Positions 26,219-35,883 of a stretch of 64,000 nucleotides of DNA are shown in pieces. The number at the start of each line of letters is the position of its first letter. The stretch's first letter is position 1. This DNA is from Ruminiclostridium sp. (GTDB lineage Bacteria; Bacillota; Clostridia; Oscillospirales; Ruminococcaceae). A program made the position numbers and the translations under genes. The stretch lies in contig JAZNMN010000017.1 of assembly GCA_045579625.1 (NCBI GenBank), positions 163,002 through 227,001 on the forward strand, read 5' to 3'. The notes under the pieces are model-generated. The model saw nothing but the letters and a program-made list of their open reading frames with translations, was not told the DNA's origin and did not search any database.

Positions 26219-28291
26219 TTACTCTGTTCCTGCACTATTTACGTTACATTCCCACCTTTTCCAGGGAGAAATAACAACTCCGTTTTCATCCAGGTCAGGT
26301 TCGTACCTGTCGTACATATAAATATCGATAATATTTCTGACCATATATCTTGAATATTCGCCCTTTTCAAAGATGATTCCGAAGGCTATTTCGGGATCTT
26401 CGGCAGGATAATATCCCATAACGGTAGAGGTATAGTATCCGTCTCCCGTTTCGGCAGTACCTGTCTTTATAGCGACGCCCCCGGGAAGCCCTTCGAAATT
26501 CCATAAGGCTGAGCTTGTTGGCCAGTTTACAAGAGTAGATACCGCAATCATTCCCTCTCGTACCGTTCCGAATGCATTGTTGTTATCCTCTATAACCTCT
26601 TCAACCTGAGGCGCTGTTGAATATATTTTTTCGCTAAGGTCGTAATTCCATACCGAATCAACAAGATAAGGCTTATATCTTACGCCGTCATTGGCAAGTG
26701 TAAGCGCCTGCACAGCGAGATGAAGGGGCGTAACGAGCGTATCCATCTGACCGATAGCCGCCTGGAGCGTATTTCCCTCAGTCCAGGGCTCGCCTCTCAG
26801 CTCCTCATAAAGCTCGGGAGAGGACATCTGTCCCGAAAGGCCGCCTATTTCAAGCCCGAGATTTTTTCCGTAGCCGAACTGACCTGCGAAGGAGCTGAGC
26901 TGGTCAATACCGAGTCTCCTGCCCAAGTCGTAGAAAAAGATATTACAGGACCACTTAAGACAGTCCACCACGTCATATCCAAGATGAAAGCCCGTGCATT
27001 TAGGACGGTAATCCGAGGCCGAATAGAAGGTATAAACCCCCGTACAGGTACATCTTGTAGAAGTATCGATATAGCCGTTTATAAGTCCGTCTGTGGCAGT
27101 TATCGTCTTAAAAGCCGAGCCGGGGCGGTAAAGACCGTTGGTACAGCGGTTAAACATCGGATTTCCTTCCCTGTTCAGTACTGCCCCGTAATTTTCAACA
27201 GATTCGGTAAGATTATAGGTAGGATATGACGCCATTCCGAGTACAGCGCCGTTTTTTGCGTCAAGAACAACTACTGCGCCTGCGTCGCAGTCGTTTCCTC
27301 TGTCCGCCGAATTATTGAGCCAGTTCACGTGATCGGCGAGAGCGTTCTGGAGCATATCCTGTTTCTTTCCTTCGAAGGTAAGCTTAACGCTGTTTCCCGC
27401 TATAACCTCTTTTGTAATTTCATCGGAAAGAGCGTTTCCCTTTGAGTCACGTGTTATTGTACGCTCTCCGTTTTCCCCTCTTAAAACGCTCTCCATAGCG
27501 CTTTCTATGCCGTATTTTCCTATAATATCGTTGTAGCCGTAGCCGTCGGCCTTAAGCTCCTTGTATTCTTCGGCTGAAATTGCTCCGACGGTACCGAGGA
27601 CGTGTGGAGCGGTTGAGCCTCCGATATAATCTCTCGCGCTTTCTTCAACAATATCAATTCCGCCGAGAACGAATTTCTGTTCTTTTAATGCAGTCAGCGA
27701 TTTTAAGGAAATACTGTCGGAAAGTACAAAACGATTATCATAAGAAAAATCCTTAAGAGTCATTTCATAGCGTACACCTGCTATTATACGAAGCTCCTCT
27801 TCGGAATATTTCGAAATATCTATATTATATTTCTTCACGAGGGCAGAAATACAGTTTTCCGCCGTAGCCTCCGCAATTACACCCGCTCTCCTTCTGAAGG
27901 CCTCCAGCTCGCTTTCCTCCACGTCGGTAAATCTGAAGGGCGTCGTCATAGTAACAGGCATAGAATCGTTCCATTCATCGCCGTTTTTTCTAAGTATCTC
28001 TACTGCCCTAAGTATTATTTCATTCTGTTCCTCGTAGCTAAGATACGCTTTTTGAATAACAGCCCTGTAAACAGTTCTGTTTGAGGTAAGCACCACGCCC
28101 TCCGAGTCAAAAATCTGTCCTCTTGTGGCTGTAACAAGCTGTGAAGAAGAATAGCTCGTTTCAGTAAGCGCAAGATAGGTTTTTCCGTCTACAATCTGCA
28201 TACGAAGAAGCTGGAGAATACAGAGGAACAGCGATATTAGAAGAATTATCACAAGAACAAGCGTTCGTATAAGCTTTGCGGTTTTATTCAT
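26219..28291 (-). CDS. mrdA: Class B penicillin-binding protein 2 (elongasome transpeptidase)
   Basis: N-terminal TM, RGQI dimerisation domain, SAFK (SxxK), SCN (SxN), KTGTAE; follows mreD. Confidence 0.85.
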   Translation of the reverse strand: MNKTAKLIRTLVLVIILLISLFLCILQLLRMQIVDGKTYLALTETSYSSSQLVTATRGQIFDSEGVVLTSNRTVYRAVIQKAYLSYEEQNEIILRAVEILRKNGDEWNDSMPVTMTTPFRFTDVEESELEAFRRRAGVIAEATAENCISALVKKYNIDISKYSEEELRIIAGVRYEMTLKDFSYDNRFVLSDSISLKSLTALKEQKFVLGGIDIVEESARDYIGGSTAPHVLGTVGAISAEEYKELKADGYGYNDIIGKYGIESAMESVLRGENGERTITRDSKGNALSDEITKEVIAGNSVKLTFEGKKQDMLQNALADHVNWLNNSADRGNDCDAGAVVVLDAKNGAVLGMASYPTYNLTESVENYGAVLNREGNPMFNRCTNGLYRPGSAFKTITATDGLINGYIDTSTRCTCTGVYTFYSASDYRPKCTGFHLGYDVVDCLKWSCNIFFYDLGRRLGIDQLSSFAGQFGYGKNLGLEIGGLSGQMSSPELYEELRGEPWTEGNTLQAAIGQMDTLVTPLHLAVQALTLANDGVRYKPYLVDSVWNYDLSEKIYSTAPQVEEVIEDNNNAFGTVREGMIAVSTLVNWPTSSALWNFEGLPGGVAIKTGTAETGDGYYTSTVMGYYPAEDPEIAFGIIFEKGEYSRYMVRNIIDIYMYDRYEPDLDENGVVISPWKRWECNVNSAGTE

Positions 28292-28315
28292 TTATATGAA
28301 CGCTCCCTTCTGTAT

Positions 28316-28912
28316 TTATTCCGTCTTTTCTTCGTCCTTATTCTCGGGAACATCAGGCGTATATCCCGAATTTATTCCCGAAACGGAAAGTTTCCTGTTT
28401 ATAAACTTTATGAAATAGTATACGAGCGGTGAAAGTACAAATGTTGAAACCGCCGTAGGAATGATAGAAGAGGTAAGAATTATCTCTCCCCCCTGAATAT
28501 TCCAGATAGCTACGTTGAACAGATAATCCATCGAAAATTCAAGAAAAACAGCCACCGCAGTAACTGCACAATAATTGAAAAGATTAAGCCTTATGAGGTT
28601 TCTTATAAGAAGGCTTGCGGCTATAGCGACAGGCATAAGCCACACAACGCTGAAGCCGAAGATAAAGCCGTAGGCAATATCAATCATATAGCCGCAGAAT
28701 AATGCGAATATTCCTGCAGGAAGCTCTGTTTCGTGCATAGCCACAGCTACAGCAAGAGGTATAATGAGAACAGGCTGCCATATATCGAATATTCCACACC
28801 TCATTATCACATAAAACAGCAGTAACGAGGAAGCGTATATGACCCATTTTATAAATCTCCGTCTTTTTTCCTCACGGCTAAAGACTTCGTTTACAAGAAT
28901 TCTGTATTTCAT
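28316..28912 (-). CDS. mreD: Rod shape-determining protein MreD
   Basis: Multi-TM protein in the mreB-mreC-X-pbp2 position; G...G..ID motif. Confidence 0.75.
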   Translation of the reverse strand: MKYRILVNEVFSREEKRRRFIKWVIYASSLLLFYVIMRCGIFDIWQPVLIIPLAVAVAMHETELPAGIFALFCGYMIDIAYGFIFGFSVVWLMPVAIAASLLIRNLIRLNLFNYCAVTAVAVFLEFSMDYLFNVAIWNIQGGEIILTSSIIPTAVSTFVLSPLVYYFIKFINRKLSVSGINSGYTPDVPENKDEEKTE

Positions 28913-28917
28913 ATTTA

Positions 28918-29757
28918 TTATTCCTGTCCGTAAAAGTCGGTAATAACGAAAACGCTCGTAACGTTAAAAACATCCTCGGTAGGCTGGACAACTGCGTGAA
29001 GAGTAAGACCGTTAGCGTCGGTATAAACGCTTTTTACAAGACCTATTACAAGGTCGGGCGGAAAGCTTGAGCTTCCCGAGGTAATAACGAGGTCTCCCTC
29101 TTTTATGTTGCTGTCCTTGGAAATATAACTCATAAGACAACAGCCGTCAGAGGAATATACTGCATTATTCTCAATAATCCCCACCACACTTTCATCGGCA
29201 GTCATAACGCCTATATTGACTTCCGGGGAAAGAATTGTTGAAACTACGCAGTAGTGAGAGGAAATATCGGTAACTACGCCTACGAGACCTACCGAAGTAA
29301 AAACAGGGTCGTAAAGGCTTATTCCGTCAGCCGAGCCTTTATCGATTGTAAAGCCGCCGAATATATCGTTTGTGTTTCTTGCGATTACCTTACAGGGAGA
29401 CGAAAACTCATAATCGGGATTATCTCCCGCTATTCCGAGAATAGCCCTTAGCTTTTCGTTTTCCTCGTCGGTTCGGTTTTTATCCAGAATGTCGCTGTAC
29501 ATTTCTGTAAGCATTTCCTTAAGCTCTTCGTTCTCTTTTTTATATTTTTCGGCATTAACCAAAGTATCTATGGTATCCTCCGCCCAGCTCGTCAAAGAGC
29601 TTCCGAGGGTAACGAAGGGCTGTGACACGGTTTCGAGGATACTCTTAGGGAAAATTATATTGTTACCCGATATAGCGGCATAAATCATAAAACCGAACAC
29701 AAGAGCGAAGATACATATTATTATCTTGAATTTTATGCTCTGAAAAAAGTCTTTCAT
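28918..29757 (-). CDS. mreC: Rod shape-determining protein MreC
   Basis: TM, coiled coil, IDKGS.DGI....V....GLVG.V, GDLVITSG...FPP. Confidence 0.92.
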   Translation of the reverse strand: MKDFFQSIKFKIIICIFALVFGFMIYAAISGNNIIFPKSILETVSQPFVTLGSSLTSWAEDTIDTLVNAEKYKKENEELKEMLTEMYSDILDKNRTDEENEKLRAILGIAGDNPDYEFSSPCKVIARNTNDIFGGFTIDKGSADGISLYDPVFTSVGLVGVVTDISSHYCVVSTILSPEVNIGVMTADESVVGIIENNAVYSSDGCCLMSYISKDSNIKEGDLVITSGSSSFPPDLVIGLVKSVYTDANGLTLHAVVQPTEDVFNVTSVFVITDFYGQE

Positions 29758-29780
29758 ATCTACTCCGTAAAAATTAAGAG

Positions 29781-29813
29781 AAAAAGCGTCCCAAAATATC
29801 TTTGGGAACGCTT
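29781..29813 (-). terminator. Terminator-like hairpin between mreB and mreC
   Basis: Minus strand AAGCGT(T)CCCAAA/TTTGGGACGCTT followed by T residues. Confidence 0.6.
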
Positions 29814-29817
29814 AATT

Positions 29818-30837
29818 TTAATAACGTGAATCGTCGTCGCTCAGTACGTCAACAAGCTTATCAATATTTTCGAGAACCTTACCTGTTCCGTCGGCAACGC
29901 AGTCAAGGGGGCTTTCGGCTATTTTTACAGGCATACCTGTTTCCCTGTTGATAAGCTTATCGAGGCCTTTAAGGAGGGCTCCGCCACCTGCAAGCATAAT
30001 ACCCTGGTCAATGATATCAGCGGCAAGCTCGGGAGGAGTTTTCTCGAGAGTGATCTTTATTGCCTCGATAACGTGGCTTAAGGGCTCTGCTAAGGCTTCA
30101 CGGATTTCCTCGCTTGTAATAGTGATATTCTCGGGGAGACCGTTAAGAAGGTTTCTACCCTTTATATCCATAACAGGCTCATTTTCCGAATAAGGGAAAG
30201 CCGAGCCGATAGCGATTTTAATATTTTCTGCAGTACGCTCACCTATCAGAAGATTATACTTTTTCTTAATATAGTTTATGATTGAATTATCGAATTCGTC
30301 TCCTGCAACTCTCACAGAACGGGACGTTACGATACCTCCGAGGGAGATAACGGCAACCTCGCTTGTTCCGCCGCCGATATCAACAATCATACTTCCTGTA
30401 GGCTCGGCAACGGGAAGACCTGCGCCTATAGCGGCGGCCATAGGCTCTTCAATTATAGAAACACGCTTGGCGCCTGCGCTCTGAGCCGCTTCCTTAACAG
30501 CACGACGCTCAACTGCAGTAACACCCGAAGGAATGCAGATAATTACACGGGTCTTAACGAATTTTCTTCCCTTTTTAGCCTTGTTTATGAACTCCTGGAG
30601 CATACTTGTAGTCATATCAAAGTCGGCTATAACACCGTCCTTTAAGGGTCTTACGGCTACAATCGAGCCGGGAGTACGGCCAATAACATCCTTAGCCTCC
30701 TGACCCACGTATCTTACACGCTCATATTTTACATCAACGGCAACAACGCTCGGCTCGCGGATAATAATACCCTTTCCTCTCATATATACAAGGCAGTTGG
30801 CTGTGCCTAAATCTATACCGATATCTTTAGTAAACAT
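29818..30837 (-). CDS. mreB: Actin-like rod shape protein MreB
   Basis: [43 protein letters not shown]. Confidence 0.97.
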   Translation of the reverse strand: MFTKDIGIDLGTANCLVYMRGKGIIIREPSVVAVDVKYERVRYVGQEAKDVIGRTPGSIVAVRPLKDGVIADFDMTTSMLQEFINKAKKGRKFVKTRVIICIPSGVTAVERRAVKEAAQSAGAKRVSIIEEPMAAAIGAGLPVAEPTGSMIVDIGGGTSEVAVISLGGIVTSRSVRVAGDEFDNSIINYIKKKYNLLIGERTAENIKIAIGSAFPYSENEPVMDIKGRNLLNGLPENITITSEEIREALAEPLSHVIEAIKITLEKTPPELAADIIDQGIMLAGGGALLKGLDKLINRETGMPVKIAESPLDCVADGTGKVLENIDKLVDVLSDDDSRY

Positions 30838-30871
30838 TTCTCCTCCGTAAAAAATTTATTTTTCTTTAATT

Positions 30872-30900
30872 ATTATAACACGATTTCTATAATGTTACAA
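30872..30900 (-). promoter_or_regulatory. SigA promoter of mreB
   Basis: Minus strand TTGTAA-17 nt-TATAAT with extended TG. Confidence 0.65.
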
Positions 30901-30960
30901 CAGTAAATAAATAAAAATTTACATAACAAAACACTTTATTATAGTAAATTTTTTACAATA

Positions 30961-31401
30961 CTATTTTCCTGTAGAGCCGAAGCCGCCCTCGCCCCGCTCT
31001 GTAGCGTCGAGTTGTTCAGCTTCAACAAAATCAGGAACAATAACAGGCATAATTACAAGCTGTGCAATTCTATCCCCGTCGTTTACAGTAAAAGGCTCGT
31101 CGGAATGGTTAATAAGCGGAACCTTTATTTCTCCCCTGTAATCGCTGTCTACCACGCCTACGCAGTTAGCAAGAGAAATTCCGAACTTGCTCGATAAGGA
31201 GCTTCTCGGAAAAATAAAAGCACCGTGATTCTTATCGGGAACGGAAATTGCGAGCCCTGTAGGAACAAGCATACGCTCATTAGGCATTATGGTCACGCTT
31301 CCGCCCTCGAGACAAGCGAATAAATCTGCTCCTGCGCTTCCTTCGGTAGCTCTGTAGGGTAGCTTTGCATTACTGTTCATTTTTTTAATATTTATGTTCA
31401 T
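30961..31401 (-). CDS. dut: dUTP diphosphatase
   Basis: AGADL, RSSLS, GVVDSDYRGE, AQLV, RGEGGFGSTG motifs. Confidence 0.97.
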   Translation of the reverse strand: MNINIKKMNSNAKLPYRATEGSAGADLFACLEGGSVTIMPNERMLVPTGLAISVPDKNHGAFIFPRSSLSSKFGISLANCVGVVDSDYRGEIKVPLINHSDEPFTVNDGDRIAQLVIMPVIVPDFVEAEQLDATERGEGGFGSTGK

Positions 31402-32151
31402 TTATTCCACGCCCCTGTAATAAAGACCTCTTGTTATTTTTTTGAAATTTAATTTACTGCCGTTTTTATAAGCTTCTATTATCGAATTTATTTCAGTCTC
31501 AACCGTAAACCGAAGTACGAAAAAATCAACCGTGAAATCCTTAAGCTTGTCGCTTAAAATGAGAACATCGCTGTTAAGAATTTCAACTGTATTTTCGTTA
31601 CATATAAGGCTAAGCTCGTTTCCGAGACGGTCTCTCAGCTTCCTTCCGCAATTCTTCCCGTTACAAGGCTTTCCGTTGTTTATGGGACATCTTCTGTTAA
31701 TCATCAGCGGTAAATGGCCGTAGGCGATAATCCCCGTCCTCGAATCGCATTTAATACTGCCAATCTGATTAAAGGTAAGCTCGGGAGAAAGAATGATATC
31801 TTTAAGCCCTTCCCTGTCAAGGAAATCGGCAGTCCTACTGTTTACGCAGTTCAGCCTGTTTCCGCCAAAAACAGTAAAGCCCATCTTCTTTAAAAGCTCA
31901 ATATGACCTACAGTGTGTGCTGCTGCACAGCGAAATCCCTCGTTATAAAGCTCTTTAAGCTCATTCTTTACCTTCTCCTCGACGTCCGCAAGATATTCGG
32001 GCGGAAGAATAATTATTCTGTCCTTATAGCTATGTAAGGATTTATCGATAAGTTTAATCGGGCAGTATACATAGCTTACGCTTTCGTTTCCGAGAGCGTC
32101 GGAAAGCTGTTTTCTTGTATATACCCAGGCTCTGATTTCTATTTTATTCAC
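31402..32151 (-). CDS. C-terminal half of a U32 family (RlhA-like) protein
   Basis: LN..NS, LSPEL, IAYGHLPLM....CP, LRDR, EILNS, TRGLYYRGV resemble the U32 C-terminal region; no N-terminal catalytic domain; GTG start 1 nt after the recN stop. Confidence 0.65.
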   Translation of the reverse strand: MNKIEIRAWVYTRKQLSDALGNESVSYVYCPIKLIDKSLHSYKDRIIILPPEYLADVEEKVKNELKELYNEGFRCAAAHTVGHIELLKKMGFTVFGGNRLNCVNSRTADFLDREGLKDIILSPELTFNQIGSIKCDSRTGIIAYGHLPLMINRRCPINNGKPCNGKNCGRKLRDRLGNELSLICNENTVEILNSDVLILSDKLKDFTVDFFVLRFTVETEINSIIEAYKNGSKLNFKKITRGLYYRGVE

Positions 32152-32152
32152 C

Positions 32153-33811
32153 TCAGGCTTTATTCTTAATCAATTCCTCTGCATTCTTGAGAGAAGCCTC
32201 GCTGTCGCTGTCGCCTGAAATAATTCTTGCGATTTCGTGAAGCTTTTCATCATAATCGAGGGAATGTACGGTTGTATAGGTTCTCGAATTATCGGTATTT
32301 TTCTTGATAAGAAGGTGGTTATCGGATAAAGCAGCTATCTGCGCAAGATGCGTAACACATACAACCTGACGCTTTTTCGAAATGTCAGAAAGCTTTTTCC
32401 CAACCTTCTGAGCCGCTCTTCCGCTTATTCCCGTATCAATTTCATCGAAAATCATTGTAGGAGTATCATCATTTTCCGCCGAAACGCTTTTTACTGCAAG
32501 CATAATACGTGAAAGCTCGCCGCCCGACGCAACCTTTCCTATAGGCTTAAGCTCCTCGCCCTTATTAACGGAAATCATCATTTCAACATTATCCATTCCG
32601 TTCACGGTTATCTTTCCGTGCGTTATATGAAATTCGAGACGTACATCTGGCATATCAAGGAATCTGAGCTGTTCTGAGATAGCCTCGGTAAGCTTCTTCG
32701 CCGCATCCTTTCTAAGCTCGGAAAGCTCTATTGCGGCGGCTTTTACCTCATCTCCGAGCCTGTGTCGTTCCTCGTTAAGCGCAGTAATCGTGTTATCGGC
32801 CTCAGATAATTCCTTAAGCTCATTTTTCCATTCATCACACATATCGAGAATTTCATCAAGCTCTTTATTATACTTACGCTTAAGCCACAAAATTCCGCTC
32901 ATTTTCTCCTCGAGAAGAGTAAGGGATAATTCCTCTTCATCGTCGGGAACAAGTCTCGATATCTCTCCTCCTATATCATCAAGCTCGATAATAAGAGCCG
33001 AAATACGTTCGGAGAGCTGACTGCAATCGGGGATAAATTCACTTATTCCGTTAAGCTTTTCAACAGCCAGCGAAAGAGTATCGGTAATGCCCGACGCTTC
33101 ATCGTCGCCGCTGAATGCGGATAAGGTTCCTAAGAGAGCCTTATTTATCTCCTCGGAATTTCTCGCACGGTTAAGCTTTTCCGAAACAGTAGCTTCATCG
33201 CCCTTTCTGAGCTTTAATTTTTCAACCTCATCTATATCATTCTTAAGCTTTTCTATGCGCTCATCCTTTTCGGCAGCCTCTTCTTCGAGACGCTTTATTT
33301 TTCTTGAAAGGGCGGAAAACTCTCTGAAAAGTACACCGTATGAGGTAAGCTTTTCGGATAAGCCGCCATAACTGTCTATAAGCTCTCTCTGATTTGTATT
33401 ATCGGTAAGGATTCTGTTGTCGTGCTGACCGTGAATATCTATTAAGCCGCCGGCTACCTCCTTAAGTATAGCCGCAGTAGCAGGCTTTCCGCAGATTCTC
33501 ACGCTTCCCTTTCCGTCAGCGGAAAGCTCACGCTTTATAAGAAGCTCTCCGTCGCTTTCATAGCCGTATTCGGAAAGCTTTTTCTCCACCATAGCGGGAA
33601 TGTAGTCAAAAACCGCAGTAACAACCGCTTTATCAGCGCCTGTCCTTATTATATCCTTATACATTCTTGTTCCGAGGACAGCATTTATAGCGCCGATAAG
33701 AATACTCTTGCCGGCGCCTGTTTCACCTGAAAAGATATTAAATTTTCCGTCGAAAAAAATGTCAGCCTTTTCTATGACTGCAAGATTTTCTATATAAAGC
33801 TCTTTTAACAT
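32153..33811 (-). CDS. recN: DNA repair protein RecN
   Basis: GETGAGKS Walker A, IHGQH, ASGGELSRIML signature, FDEIDTG, VTHLAQIA. Confidence 0.96.
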   Translation of the reverse strand: MLKELYIENLAVIEKADIFFDGKFNIFSGETGAGKSILIGAINAVLGTRMYKDIIRTGADKAVVTAVFDYIPAMVEKKLSEYGYESDGELLIKRELSADGKGSVRICGKPATAAILKEVAGGLIDIHGQHDNRILTDNTNQRELIDSYGGLSEKLTSYGVLFREFSALSRKIKRLEEEAAEKDERIEKLKNDIDEVEKLKLRKGDEATVSEKLNRARNSEEINKALLGTLSAFSGDDEASGITDTLSLAVEKLNGISEFIPDCSQLSERISALIIELDDIGGEISRLVPDDEEELSLTLLEEKMSGILWLKRKYNKELDEILDMCDEWKNELKELSEADNTITALNEERHRLGDEVKAAAIELSELRKDAAKKLTEAISEQLRFLDMPDVRLEFHITHGKITVNGMDNVEMMISVNKGEELKPIGKVASGGELSRIMLAVKSVSAENDDTPTMIFDEIDTGISGRAAQKVGKKLSDISKKRQVVCVTHLAQIAALSDNHLLIKKNTDNSRTYTTVHSLDYDEKLHEIARIISGDSDSEASLKNAEELIKNKA

Positions 33812-33820
33812 CCTTATACC

Positions 33821-34258
33821 TCAGATCATTTTTTTAAGATATGCAATAAGCGTTTTTGCGTCATTTTCGGTTCTTACGAGAATAAATATCGTATCGTCTC
33901 CCGAAATTGTACCTACGATATAATCTATGTTCATAGCGTCGAGGGTTGCGCAGGCAGCATTCGCAAGACCTGAATGACATTTTACGCAGACGATATTCCC
34001 CGCACAATCAATTTTTATTACAGACTGCTGAAATATATTTTCAAAATGAATATGATTAGCCTTCTGTGCCTTCATATAACAGCTTACGCCGTTTTTCGAT
34101 ATAGCTTTTTCGAGGTTTATCTCGTTTATGTCACGGGACACGGTAGCCTGTGTAACATTATAGCCTCTTTTTAATAGCTCTTTTCTGAGCATATCCTGGT
34201 TTTCTATTTCGTTTTCGGAAATGATTGAAATTATCTCAGCCTGTCTTTTTCTTTTCAT
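33821..34258 (-). CDS. argR: Arginine repressor
   Basis: VTQATVSRDI, GTISGDDTI. Confidence 0.95.
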   Translation of the reverse strand: MKRKRQAEIISIISENEIENQDMLRKELLKRGYNVTQATVSRDINEINLEKAISKNGVSCYMKAQKANHIHFENIFQQSVIKIDCAGNIVCVKCHSGLANAACATLDAMNIDYIVGTISGDDTIFILVRTENDAKTLIAYLKKMI

Positions 34259-34284
34259 TTAAGCTTTCCTTTCGAAAATGCCAA

Positions 34285-35139
34285 CTATTTTATCGGGGTC
34301 ATAAGCTTACTGCTTACTGCTTCATAAAAGCCGTTTCCGTCAATATCTATAAGCTTAAGGGTTTTTCCTGATTTTTTCAGTATAAGCTCGTCGCCCTCGT
34401 TAAAAGGAATGCCGGGATTTCCGTCAATGCTTATATTGGCCTGGCTTCCGTCGTACTGCCTACAGCTTACGCTTATAACATCGCTTCCGCTGAAAATCAT
34501 AGGACGGTTGAATAATGAATGGGCGCAAAGCGGAGTAAGCTGGATACATTCCACAGTAGGCTCGATAATAGTACCGCCTGCCGAAAGAGCATAGGCGGTA
34601 GAACCTGTAGGTGTGCTGAAAATAAGGCCGTCAGCCCTTATCTTGGAAACTATCGTACCGTTTATTCTTACGATATATTCGGGAAGCTTCGAATTTATAT
34701 CCTTAAAAAGTACTATATCATTTAATGCGGTATCGTCGGACTTTTCTCCGCCCTTATTTATCTCCGCATTTATCATCATACGCTTGCTGATGGAATAATT
34801 GCCTGTTGTAAGGACGGAAAGCTTATGAAGCTCCGTACATTCGAAGGCGGTCATAAAACCGAGACGGCCTGTATTTATACCGATAAGGGGCTTATCGTAT
34901 TCCGCCGCCTTTTTTCCCCATTTCAAAATGGTACCGTCTCCGCCTACAGTAAGAATAATATCACATTCAGCTATTATTCCGTCGTCATCGCTGAAAGAAA
35001 CTCTTTCATCCGAATAAAACTCATAGATATCCGAGAGCATAGAAACTCCGATACCGTTTTTTATTAGAGTATCAACCACCTCAGGCAGAACATCAAGACT
35101 TTTCTGTTTTTTTGTACTTGTACTGATTAAAACCTTCAT
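34285..35139 (-). CDS. nadK: NAD kinase
   Basis: GGDGT, GRLGF, ALND, DGLIFSTPTGSTAYALSAGG. Confidence 0.95.
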   Translation of the reverse strand: MKVLISTSTKKQKSLDVLPEVVDTLIKNGIGVSMLSDIYEFYSDERVSFSDDDGIIAECDIILTVGGDGTILKWGKKAAEYDKPLIGINTGRLGFMTAFECTELHKLSVLTTGNYSISKRMMINAEINKGGEKSDDTALNDIVLFKDINSKLPEYIVRINGTIVSKIRADGLIFSTPTGSTAYALSAGGTIIEPTVECIQLTPLCAHSLFNRPMIFSGSDVISVSCRQYDGSQANISIDGNPGIPFNEGDELILKKSGKTLKLIDIDGNGFYEAVSSKLMTPIK

Positions 35140-35142
35140 ATT

Positions 35143-35883
35143 TTATCCCTTTATTTCAAAATACATAAGAAATTCCTTGTTACCGTCGCCGCCGAGTATG
35201 GAGGAAGGAACTGTTCTTATACCCGTGAAGCCGAGACCTTCGGAAAACAGGCATATTTCCTCAACAACTCTTTTATGAATCTTAGGGTCCTTTATAACTC
35301 CATTCTTTCCGTTTTTTACTTTTCCGTTTTCGAACTGCGGCTTTATAAGGGCAACACCGAAAGCGTTTTCGGAAGAAAAGCGCCTGAGCTCGGGCAGTAT
35401 ATGCTTCAAGGAAATAAAAGATACGTCTATACCGATAAAATCCACCTTTTCCGAAATCTCATCCGTCGCCCTTCTTATATCGAGCTGTTCAAGAGAAATT
35501 ACCCTGCTGTCGTTTCTGAGCTTTTCGGCAAGCTGATTTGTACCCACATCAACGGCGAAAACTCTTTCAGCTCCGTTTTTCAGCATACAATCTGTAAAGC
35601 CGCCTGTTGACGCACCTATATCGAGGCAAACCTTTCCGCTAAGATCGATACCGAACTCATTTATCGCTGTCTCAAGCTTAAAGCCGCCTCTTCCCACATA
35701 TTTCATCACAGCGGATTCCTCGGATACGACAATCACATCAATTTTCGGGTCAACCTTTTCGGAAGCCTTTAAGATAACCTTACCGTTTACGGTAACTGAG
35801 CCTTCCTTTATCATATCATTGGCCGCAGTACGGCTTTTTGCAAGATTTTTTGCAGTAAGAATTACGTCAAGTCTTTCTTTCAT
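35143..35883 (-). CDS. tlyA: TlyA family rRNA methyltransferase / hemolysin A
   Basis: S4 domain, GRGGFKL, DIGASTGGFTDC, DVSFISL, KPQFE, GN.EFL. Confidence 0.95.
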   Translation of the reverse strand: MKERLDVILTAKNLAKSRTAANDMIKEGSVTVNGKVILKASEKVDPKIDVIVVSEESAVMKYVGRGGFKLETAINEFGIDLSGKVCLDIGASTGGFTDCMLKNGAERVFAVDVGTNQLAEKLRNDSRVISLEQLDIRRATDEISEKVDFIGIDVSFISLKHILPELRRFSSENAFGVALIKPQFENGKVKNGKNGVIKDPKIHKRVVEEICLFSEGLGFTGIRTVPSSILGGDGNKEFLMYFEIKG

